A stretch of 32,000 bases of DNA from Candidatus Scalindua sp. (GTDB lineage: Bacteria; Planctomycetota; Brocadiia; Brocadiales; Scalinduaceae), in contig JALDRA010000001.1 in NCBI GenBank assembly GCA_031316235.1, positions 360,001-392,000 on the forward strand. The letters are read 5' to 3'. The position numbers were made by a program, and so were the translations under genes. Below, piece by piece: positions 1 through 7,284 of the stretch (position 1 is the stretch's first letter; every line of letters starts with the position of its first letter). The notes below the pieces were generated by a model. That model saw only the letters and a program-made list of their open reading frames with translations. It did no database searches and had not been told where the DNA came from.

Positions 1-645
1 GAAAAAGCTGTTTATGGTCTTCCCGAGTTATTTCGTGACAAGATTAAGGAAGCAGCTCTTGTAGCAAATCCCGGGTGCTATCCGACATCAGCGCTTATTG
101 GTTTAGCCCCCTTGATCCAGAAAGATCTTATTTATACTGATGATATCATTATCGATGCTAAATCCGGAATTTCGGGAAGCGGACGTGAACCAAAAGAGTC
201 AACACATTATTGTGAGAGAAATGAAAATTTAGAAGCGTATAATGTTGGGGTTCACAGGCATACACCAGAGATTGAAGGTATTCTTTCCTTGTTGGGGAAT
301 TCTGACACATTCGTATATTTTACCCCGCATTTGATTCCCATGACACGGGGTCTTTTGTGTTCAATGTACGTTCGGTTAAAGAAACAGGTTACGAATGAGG
401 AGATCAGGGGTTTGTTCAATGATCTGTATGGAGGAGAACCGTTTATTCGACTCAGCACTGAGGGAACGTTTCCCAAGACCAGGGATGTAACAGATACAAA
501 CATGTGTGAAATTTCTGTTCAAACTGTTGGCAAACGTGCGGTTATTTTCTCCAGCATAGACAATTTAATCAAAGGTGCATCAGGACAAGCGGTACAAAAT
601 ATGAATATCATGTGCGGTCATAACGAGACGATGGGTCTCTTTTAA
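1..645 (+). CDS. argC: N-acetyl-gamma-glutamyl-phosphate reductase, C-terminal part (5' end lies outside the window)
   Basis: Frame 1 is open from base 1. The translation EKAVYGLPELFRDKIKEAALVANPGCYPTSALIG carries the ArgC active-site motif ANPGCYPT. The C-terminal block DNLIKGASGQAVQNMN is typical of the family. The start at 112 in the ORF track is an artefact of the window edge. Confidence 0.9.
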   Translation, partial: EKAVYGLPELFRDKIKEAALVANPGCYPTSALIGLAPLIQKDLIYTDDIIIDAKSGISGSGREPKESTHYCERNENLEAYNVGVHRHTPEIEGILSLLGNSDTFVYFTPHLIPMTRGLLCSMYVRLKKQVTNEEIRGLFNDLYGGEPFIRLSTEGTFPKTRDVTDTNMCEISVQTVGKRAVIFSSIDNLIKGASGQAVQNMNIMCGHNETMGLF

Positions 646-726
646 TCTGTTTCAAATGAAAGCAACTGTCCTAACCCGAATAAATGCTCTCATAGAGAGT
701 ATTTGTGTTGTCAAAGAGGTAAATGA

Positions 727-2040
727 ATGAGAGAAAAAGTAAAGGTAAGGTTTCCTCCCAGTCCTACCGGTTTCCTGCATATCGGTGGAGCAAGAACAGC
801 CCTTTACAACTGGCTTTTTGCAAGAAATCACGAGGGGAGCCTGGTATTGAGGATCGAGGACACAGATCAAATACGTTCCACAGATGCGGCAACGCAGTCG
901 ATATTGGAGAGTTTAACCTGGTTGGGATTGGATTGGGATGAGGGCCCTTATTATCAAAGCCAGAGGCTTTCTATCTATCAGGAATATGTTGATAAACTCT
1001 TGAAGCAGGGAGACGCTACGTACATTGATGACCCTGAAAAAGGCAGAGCCGTCCGCTTTAAGATTAAGGATGTGCCAACTGATATTAATGATCTGATACA
1101 TGGTACAATCAAATTTGACACTGCCCTTCTCGAAGATTTTATCATACAAAAGGGAGACGGTTTTCCTACCTATAATTTTGCCTGTGTCGTTGATGATGGG
1201 TTGATGGAAATCACCCACATCATTCGTGGAGACGATCATATATCAAATACACCAAGACAAATCGCATTATACCATGCCCTGGGTTTTGATTTACCCAAAT
1301 TTGCTCACATCCCCATGATCCTCGGGGAAGATGGTACCCGTTTAAGTAAACGCCATGGTGCAACTTCGACAGTTGAATACCGTGAAATGGGCTATCTGCC
1401 TGAAGCCATAATCAATTTTATTGCCCTTCTTGGTTGGTCTCCGGGACACGATCAGGAATTTATGACAAAGCAAGAGATGATTGAAAAATTCTCTTTAAAA
1501 CGGGTCAATAAAGCAAGCGCCAGGTTTGACACCGTTAAACTTGATTGGATGAATAGTAAATATATTCGAGAATTATCTGCGGAATCGCTCGCAAAAAAAC
1601 TGCATAGCTATATCGAAAAGGCAGGATTTGATACCACTCATCTTTCGGATGTCTGGCTGCAGAAACTTATAGAATTGTACAAAGAGAGATTTAAGACGTT
1701 ATCTGAATTCATGACACAAACGTATCCTTTCTTTCCAGATGAGATCGAATATGACAATAAAGAAGTTGAAAAATTTCTTAAAAAAGATGGTGCCTCTGCC
1801 TTGATAAGTGATACGTATGCAAGACTGAAAGAACTTGAGACATTCTCAATTAAAGAAATTGAGGAGTGTCTGCGCAAGATAACAACGCATCACGGGATTA
1901 GTTTTGGAAAATTGGCGCAACCGTTAAGAGTGTCAATTGTTGGGAAAAGTGCGAGCGCCGGGATCTTTGAGACATTGGAACTCTTAGGCAAGCAAAAGAC
2001 ACTGAATCGCCTTGAATATGTTATGAAAACATTTTTGTAA
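727..2040 (+). CDS. gltX: glutamate--tRNA ligase (GluRS)
   Basis: 437 aa. The N-terminus VRFPPSPTGFLHIGGARTALYNWLFAR carries the HIGH-type motif, LSKRHG is the KMSKS-type motif, and IIRGDDHISNTPRQ is a class I Glx block. Confidence 0.95.
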   Translation: MREKVKVRFPPSPTGFLHIGGARTALYNWLFARNHEGSLVLRIEDTDQIRSTDAATQSILESLTWLGLDWDEGPYYQSQRLSIYQEYVDKLLKQGDATYIDDPEKGRAVRFKIKDVPTDINDLIHGTIKFDTALLEDFIIQKGDGFPTYNFACVVDDGLMEITHIIRGDDHISNTPRQIALYHALGFDLPKFAHIPMILGEDGTRLSKRHGATSTVEYREMGYLPEAIINFIALLGWSPGHDQEFMTKQEMIEKFSLKRVNKASARFDTVKLDWMNSKYIRELSAESLAKKLHSYIEKAGFDTTHLSDVWLQKLIELYKERFKTLSEFMTQTYPFFPDEIEYDNKEVEKFLKKDGASALISDTYARLKELETFSIKEIEECLRKITTHHGISFGKLAQPLRVSIVGKSASAGIFETLELLGKQKTLNRLEYVMKTFL

Positions 2041-2088
2041 ACCAAATCCAATGCTGTGCCTTAAGACATTATCTATGGTCAAGCTGAA

Positions 2089-2673
2089 ATGTCTGTCAGA
2101 CTATTTGTAGCAATTGAAATTGAAAAAAGAATAAAAGAGCGTATACTTGAGCTTCTTGAAAATCTCAAAAGAACTGGTGCTGATATACGATGGGTAGCTT
2201 CTGAAAACCTGCACGTAACCGTTAAATTTATCGGAGATTCAGATCCAGTTATACTGCCATCATTGGCCAAATCTCTTGAGAATGTTGCGTCGGGTTTCAA
2301 CCCTTTTAGAATAGAGATAGAAAATTTCGCTGTTTTTCCAACGGCAAAAAAACCACGCATCGTGTTTGTTGGCCTAAGAGACAAAGAAAACAATCTGACA
2401 AAAATTTTTGAAGCGGTGGAGACAGAAACAGAGAAATTTGGTATAAAACGTGAATCGAGAAAATACTTTGGTCATATTACAGTCGGCAGAACAAAAACAG
2501 AGAAAAACATTCATAAGCTTATTGAGATTTTACGCACTGATTCAAATCATTTTTTTGGACAGGAAAACGTCAGGCATATTTCTCTGATACAAAGTGAATT
2601 AACACCGAAAGGTCCTATTTACACAACAATAAAAAAATTTATTCTAAACAAAAATGAGCACAGGAACCATTAA
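2089..2673 (+). CDS. thpR: RNA 2',3'-cyclic phosphodiesterase / 2'-5' RNA ligase family (2H phosphoesterase)
   Basis: 194 aa with two H-x-T/S-x motifs (HVTVKF and HITVGR) at the spacing typical of LigT/ThpR. The N-terminus is RLFVAIEI. Confidence 0.85.
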   Translation: MSVRLFVAIEIEKRIKERILELLENLKRTGADIRWVASENLHVTVKFIGDSDPVILPSLAKSLENVASGFNPFRIEIENFAVFPTAKKPRIVFVGLRDKENNLTKIFEAVETETEKFGIKRESRKYFGHITVGRTKTEKNIHKLIEILRTDSNHFFGQENVRHISLIQSELTPKGPIYTTIKKFILNKNEHRNH

Positions 2674-3055
2674 ATTTACCGCATCACACAATTGGATCAA
2701 TTTAAAAAGGAAGTTTGTAACCATTGGGATAACAGATTTCCTGTTGAGTGAAATGGGTGATCTCATATCCATCAGTTTGCCAAGGGCTAGCGACGAAATT
2801 GTTTCCGGTATCGCCTACGGAGAAATTGAATCAATTACCGAACTGAGGGATTTAGTAGTACCCATCGACGGGGAAGTAATTAAAATCAATACTGATCTCT
2901 ATACCAATCTCAAAAAATTGCAGAGTTCCCCTTATGAGGATGGGTGGTTTGTAACGGTCAGAATACTTGAACCTGAAAAACTTGATCTGCTTATGGATGA
3001 GCCTGAATACAAAGCTTATACAAAAAGCCTCAAGAAAAAACGAAAGAAACCATGA
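2654..3055 (+). CDS. glycine cleavage system H-like protein lacking the canonical lipoyl-lysine
   Basis: 133 aa that aligns by eye along the whole length of GcvH (HNWINL..VTIGITDF, PIDGEVIKIN, SPYEDGWF). The position of the E-S-V-K lipoyl-lysine reads E-S-I-T. The gene overlaps thpR by 20 nt and the next gene by 4 nt (ATGA). Confidence 0.8.
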   Translation: MSTGTIKFTASHNWINLKRKFVTIGITDFLLSEMGDLISISLPRASDEIVSGIAYGEIESITELRDLVVPIDGEVIKINTDLYTNLKKLQSSPYEDGWFVTVRILEPEKLDLLMDEPEYKAYTKSLKKKRKKP

Positions 3056-3453
3056 AACATACATTCAAAGTGAAAACCCGTTCACAGACTGAATTGATAG
3101 ATATAACGGGAGAAATTCAAAATATCGTGAAAAATTCGAGATTGGATCAGGGCATGTGCACCGTCTTTTCTCCTCACACAACATCCGGAATAACTATCAA
3201 CGAAAATGCTGACCCCTCGGTCAAAGCAGACATTTTACAGGGACTGAACAAACTGATACCCATGGATGATAATTACGCGCATGCTGAGGGCAATTCCGCA
3301 GCTCACATTAAGACTTCTCTCGTTGGGTCATCTGAAGCCGTCCCGATCTCCGGGGGAGCCCTTGCCCTCGGTAGATGGCAGGGTATTTTTCTCTGTGAAT
3401 TTGATGGGCCTCGAACGAGAGATGTACAGGTTCAATTGTCGGGAAACCCGTAG
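3052..3453 (+). CDS. YjbQ/UPF0047 family protein (secondary thiamine-phosphate synthase family)
   Basis: 133 aa with family blocks HTTSGITINENADPSV, HAEGNSAAHIK and LGRWQGIFLCEFDGPR. Confidence 0.85.
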   Translation: MKHTFKVKTRSQTELIDITGEIQNIVKNSRLDQGMCTVFSPHTTSGITINENADPSVKADILQGLNKLIPMDDNYAHAEGNSAAHIKTSLVGSSEAVPISGGALALGRWQGIFLCEFDGPRTRDVQVQLSGNP

Positions 3454-3546
3454 GGTTTGAGATAAAGTACCATTCTTCTTAGTTCGTCAGAGATCATTCC
3501 TGACAATTGATGCTTACGAATAGCAGACAGAGAGGTAACCGCTGAA

Positions 3547-3657
3547 TATACTCATTGTATAAAGGTTTTCTGATAAAATCCGGGAAAAAAGGAGCGAGTC
3601 TACCATTAACCAGGCTTTGGTTTTAGAAAAATATAAAACCAGATCGTTTTTAGTATA
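3547..3657 (+). repeat. R1 intergenic mosaic repeat, copy 1 (beta subfamily, short form, 111 bp)
   Basis: The left end is TATACTCATTGTATAAAGGTTTTCTGATAAAATCCGGG. The right arm is AACCAGGCTTTGGTTTTAGAAAAATATAAAACCAGATCGTTTTTAGTATA. It shares both ends and the internal order with 9 other copies in the window. Confidence 0.85.
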
Positions 3658-3771
3658 TTCGGCGAAATGAGTATGGATTTAAGGATTACCTCCGACATCT
3701 TTAATGAAAAATTGGTCTTCAAAATTTTTTATTTGTGCTCAGGAGTACCCGTGATCACAAATAGCTGATTC

Positions 3772-3914
3772 GTGCTTGAACGAAAACTGCCCATCTGCTA
3801 CACTGCTGTAATAATTCCGCAATCCTCAAGTATCTTGCTGTATACCGGTTACGAGATTTGCGCACCTTATGTCTGAGCAGTTTTGATTCAAGCACAGGAT
3901 TTCCGTTCAAGCAC
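3772..3914 (+). repeat. R2 inverted-repeat element, copy a (MITE-like)
   Basis: The 5' arm GTGCTTGAACGAAAACTGCCCA faces the 3' arm GAGCAGTTTTGATTCAAGCAC, an imperfect terminal inverted repeat. The core ..CTGCTGTAATAATTCCGCAATCCTCA..CCGGTTACGA.. aligns with copies at 6992 and 10911. There is a 3' tail AGGATTTCCGTTCAAGCAC. Confidence 0.75.
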
Positions 3915-3945
3915 TACTTAGTTGCTTACATTCGTCTTACACAAG

Positions 3946-4683
3946 ATGCACGATGATGGCCGTTGGAAATTAAGAGATTTGTTCAAGGTATTTCTTTTCT
4001 ATTTTCTCATGATGATGGGAATACCGGTTCTTTTACAAATTGTAAAAAAACTTTTCGGACTTGATATATCTGAATTTATCAGACAAAATGTTACACTTCT
4101 CAGTATCTCCCTGGTTGTTAATATTCTCACTTGCCTCTATGTGTTTTATACCGTCCGTGTAGGTTACAATCAACCGTTGCGGGTGCTGGGCTTGACAGCC
4201 GATAACTGGAAATCCGATGCCTGGAAGGGCCTTAAACATTACATTGTGGTTCTCCCTGTCATTCTTTTCGCAGGTTATGTGGTAAATTATGTCTCAGAAT
4301 TATTTGGTGTTCCACCTGACAATCAGGAAATTATTACAAAATTTTTAGAAGAAGAGTCGATACCCGTACTCGTTTTTATGGTACTTTTTGGAACATTGGC
4401 AGCACCTATTGTTGAAGAAATTCTTTTTCGAGGTTTCCTTCAGCCGGTAATTAGGCCTGCCCTTGGCAAAACAGGCACAATTATTGTCAGCGGCGGGATC
4501 TTTGCGCTGGTACATTTGAATGCACATGTTTTTCTTCAAATTTTTATTTTAGGATTGTTATTGGCCTATTTATTTGAGCAAACAAAGTCATTGATAGCAC
4601 CGATAACCGTTCATCTGTTGCATAATTCTATTACATTAGTTTTTCTCTTATCATATAAGCAATTTTTAAAAGGCCATGTTTAA
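3946..4683 (+). CDS. CPBP family intramembrane glutamic endopeptidase (CAAX protease/Abi family)
   Basis: Multi-pass membrane protein with motif 1 EEILFRG, FALVH and HLLHN. The ORF opens at a TTG at 3922 and the first ATG is at 3946, so the start is uncertain. The 3' end overlaps tyrS by 8 nt. Confidence 0.8.
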   Translation: MHDDGRWKLRDLFKVFLFYFLMMMGIPVLLQIVKKLFGLDISEFIRQNVTLLSISLVVNILTCLYVFYTVRVGYNQPLRVLGLTADNWKSDAWKGLKHYIVVLPVILFAGYVVNYVSELFGVPPDNQEIITKFLEEESIPVLVFMVLFGTLAAPIVEEILFRGFLQPVIRPALGKTGTIIVSGGIFALVHLNAHVFLQIFILGLLLAYLFEQTKSLIAPITVHLLHNSITLVFLLSYKQFLKGHV

Positions 4684-5887
4684 GAACATTGAAGAACAGT
4701 TAGAGATCATCAGGCGGGGCAGCGTCGACATCGTTCGGGAAGAAGAGCTTGTTGAGAAACTCAGGAGATCAATAAAAACACACACTCCTCTGCGTATAAA
4801 GCTGGGCCTTGATCCCACCGCACCAGATATACATATTGGAAACGCAGTACCGATCCATAAGTTACGCCATTTTCAGCAACTGGGGCATACCGCAATACTT
4901 ATCATCGGGGACTATACGGCTCTGGTAGGTGACCCTACCGGGGTAAACAGGACAAGACCTCAGCTGACTCACAAAGAAATAAAAGAAAACACAAAAACTT
5001 ATTTAAACCAGCTGGGGAAGATATTAAATTTAGAAAAAACAGAAATCCATTACAACAGTAAGTGGTTTAGTAAAATGAAATTTATGGAAGTAATCTCGCT
5101 GGCCTCAAAGATGACGGTAGCAAGGATGTTAGAACGGGATGATTTCACAAAAAGATACAATTCCGGAGTCCCCATAAGCCTTCATGAATTCATTTACCCG
5201 TTAATGCAGGGATATGATTCTATAATGATTAGAAGTGACGTAGAGATAGGAGGTACCGATCAGACATTTAGTTTACTCGTGGGTCGTGATCTGCAGAGAG
5301 ATAAGAACATGGAGCCACAGGTTGCTCTTACCACTCCACTGCTCGAAGGAATCGATGGTAATAAAAAAATGAGCAAGAGTCTTGGCAACTATATTGGAAT
5401 ATGTGATGAACCAAAAGAGATTTTCGGTAAAGCAATGTCCATTCCCGACAATCTCATGCGTAAATATTTTGAATTAGCTACAGATGCCACATTCGATGAA
5501 ATAGACCGCTGCTTAAGTGACCATCCGCGGCAGGCGAAAGTCAATCTGGGGAAAGCCATTATCCGTCGTTATCACACTGAAGAAACAACTGAAAGGGTAG
5601 CAGAAGAATTTGACAGGATTTTTAAAGAACGGAAGCTCCCAGATGATATCCCGCAAATTACCCTTTCTCAAGAAGCGGTTGCTGATCAAAAACTGTGGCT
5701 GGTAAAACTGCTGGTGTTAACCGGTTTCGCAAATACAAACGGAGAAGCAAGAAGATTGATAACTCAGGGTGGTGTAAGTATTGACGACAAGACTTTAACC
5801 GATCCGTCTCTTGAGGTTTTCATAAAAACAGGAATGATCCTCAAGGTAGGAAAACGTCGTTTCGCAAAAATTATACTCATCTCATAA
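4676..5887 (+). CDS. tyrS: tyrosine--tRNA ligase
   Basis: 403 aa with HIGN (HIGH motif), an exact KMSKS, and a C-terminal S4-like block GEARRLITQGGVSIDD. The last five codons and the TAA stop lie inside R1 copy 2. Confidence 0.95.
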   Translation: MFKNIEEQLEIIRRGSVDIVREEELVEKLRRSIKTHTPLRIKLGLDPTAPDIHIGNAVPIHKLRHFQQLGHTAILIIGDYTALVGDPTGVNRTRPQLTHKEIKENTKTYLNQLGKILNLEKTEIHYNSKWFSKMKFMEVISLASKMTVARMLERDDFTKRYNSGVPISLHEFIYPLMQGYDSIMIRSDVEIGGTDQTFSLLVGRDLQRDKNMEPQVALTTPLLEGIDGNKKMSKSLGNYIGICDEPKEIFGKAMSIPDNLMRKYFELATDATFDEIDRCLSDHPRQAKVNLGKAIIRRYHTEETTERVAEEFDRIFKERKLPDDIPQITLSQEAVADQKLWLVKLLVLTGFANTNGEARRLITQGGVSIDDKTLTDPSLEVFIKTGMILKVGKRRFAKIILIS

Positions 5888-5983
5888 TGGTTTTCGGATA
5901 AAATCCGAGATAAATTTGAGCGAGTATACCTTCACCAGGATTTGGTTTCCAGTAAAACCGAAAACCAAATCGGTTTTAGTATA
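5872..5983 (+). repeat. R1 intergenic mosaic repeat, copy 2 (alpha subfamily, short form, 112 bp)
   Basis: The sequence is TATACTCATCTCATAATGGTTTTCGGATAAAATCCGAGATAAATTTGAGCGAGTATACCTTCACCAGGATTTGGTTTCCAGTAAAACCGAAAACCAAATCGGTTTTAGTATA. It spans the entire gap between the convergent tyrS and SurA-like genes. Confidence 0.9.
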
Positions 5984-5986
5984 TCA

Positions 5987-6958
5987 TCAATAGAACCTCT
6001 TGATTACCACATTTTTTTTAAGTTTTTGCAGGTATTCCCTCTTCTTTTTAAGAAACTCATCACGGAAAAGTATCTGATAAATTTTGTCTTGCGCCTCTTC
6101 AAAAGAGAGAGTTTTGGCGTGGATAATATCCTCAACTTTAAAGATGTGGTATCCGATGGCTGTCTCGACAACCTTGCTGATTTCATCTTTCCTGAGCTTC
6201 ATAATATCTTCGACAAGGTCTTTCCTGAAATCCTTTACTTCATCAAACCCCCACAAACCACCCTTGTATGAGTGTGGACCTTCAGAAAATTCCTTGGCAA
6301 TATCAGCAAATATTTCGCCATCCTCCAGTTTTTTCAGGAGCGTTTCAGCAAACGTTTTTGCCTCTTCACGTGAATCATAACTCGAAAATCTCACCAATAT
6401 CTGCCGGAAACTCAGGCTCCCCTCTTCTGAATAATCATCAATATGCTCTTCATAATAACGTTTCATTCTTCTGGGAGTGACGATTATCTTTCTGTACACA
6501 TTCTCACGTAGAATTTCATCAACCATTATGTCTTTCTTTAACTCAGCTCTCTTTTTCATGGGATTAATACCCTGTTTGTGAGCCAAATCATAAAATTTAA
6601 AAAGTGAGCCGACTTCATCGATGGCTCCTTTTACAAATGACTCTAATTGTTTTTCAACCGATTCAGATTTTGCGGGATCAGAAAGAATGGTCTTCTCTGC
6701 TTCCTGTACGAGGATTCTTCTGTCAATTAATTCTTCAACAGCGTTATAAATCAATTCTTGCTTCTTTCGTAACAGCTCTTCTCCGGTATAGTTCTCTTCT
6801 GCGAGATAAAAGGCCTCGGCTACACGGCTTCTCACTTCAAATTCTGTAATTATCTCACCATTGACAATGACTCGTACTGCTTTCAGGTTATCGGCATTCA
6901 CGTGGTATAAACAAAAAAACTGGAGAAGTATAAATACGGATAATCTTAAAGATTTCAT
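5987..6958 (-). CDS. SurA/PrsA-like periplasmic peptidyl-prolyl isomerase (parvulin type)
   Basis: 323 aa with an N-terminal signal peptide MKSLRLSVFILLQFFCLYHVNA, a SurA-N-like helical region, and a parvulin block FSEGPHSYKGGLWGF...IGYHIFKVE. Confidence 0.75.
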   Translation of the reverse strand: MKSLRLSVFILLQFFCLYHVNADNLKAVRVIVNGEIITEFEVRSRVAEAFYLAEENYTGEELLRKKQELIYNAVEELIDRRILVQEAEKTILSDPAKSESVEKQLESFVKGAIDEVGSLFKFYDLAHKQGINPMKKRAELKKDIMVDEILRENVYRKIIVTPRRMKRYYEEHIDDYSEEGSLSFRQILVRFSSYDSREEAKTFAETLLKKLEDGEIFADIAKEFSEGPHSYKGGLWGFDEVKDFRKDLVEDIMKLRKDEISKVVETAIGYHIFKVEDIIHAKTLSFEEAQDKIYQILFRDEFLKKKREYLQKLKKNVVIKRFY

Positions 6959-6991
6959 GCAGTTCCCTCCGGAAACAATTTTACTTTTTAA

Positions 6992-7136
6992 GTGGATGAA
7001 CGAAAGCTACCCATCTACTGCGTTGCTGTAAAAATTCCTTAATCCTCACGTACTTGAGTACGCTCCGGTTACGAAATTTTTACGCGTCTTGTATCTGGGC
7101 AGTTTTCGTTCATCCACTGGAGCTCTGTGCAAACAT
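6992..7136 (+). repeat. R2 inverted-repeat element, copy b (best preserved)
   Basis: A perfect 14-bp terminal inverted repeat, GTGGATGAACGAAA (6992-7005) against TTTCGTTCATCCAC (7104-7117), extends imperfectly to about 27 bp. Inner pairs are GTAAAAATT/AATTTTTAC and CGTACT/AGTACG. The tail to about 7136 aligns with the other copies. Confidence 0.8.
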
Positions 7137-7284
7137 TATTTAGACGAACTTTCCCTTTTATTGTATGGAAGCATATCTAAACTTATTAATTATAACATTT
7201 ATGGATTGAAAAGCAAATTTGTTCGAGATACATTTACAATACATTTCCTGTCTAATAGACGAGACTGCCCACAGCATGAAACGG

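Noticed and set aside
3922-3945. A TTG start for the CPBP protease directly abutting R2 copy a.
   Set aside because: There is no ribosome-binding signal, and the first ATG is 8 codons downstream. The start remains uncertain, but I report 3946.
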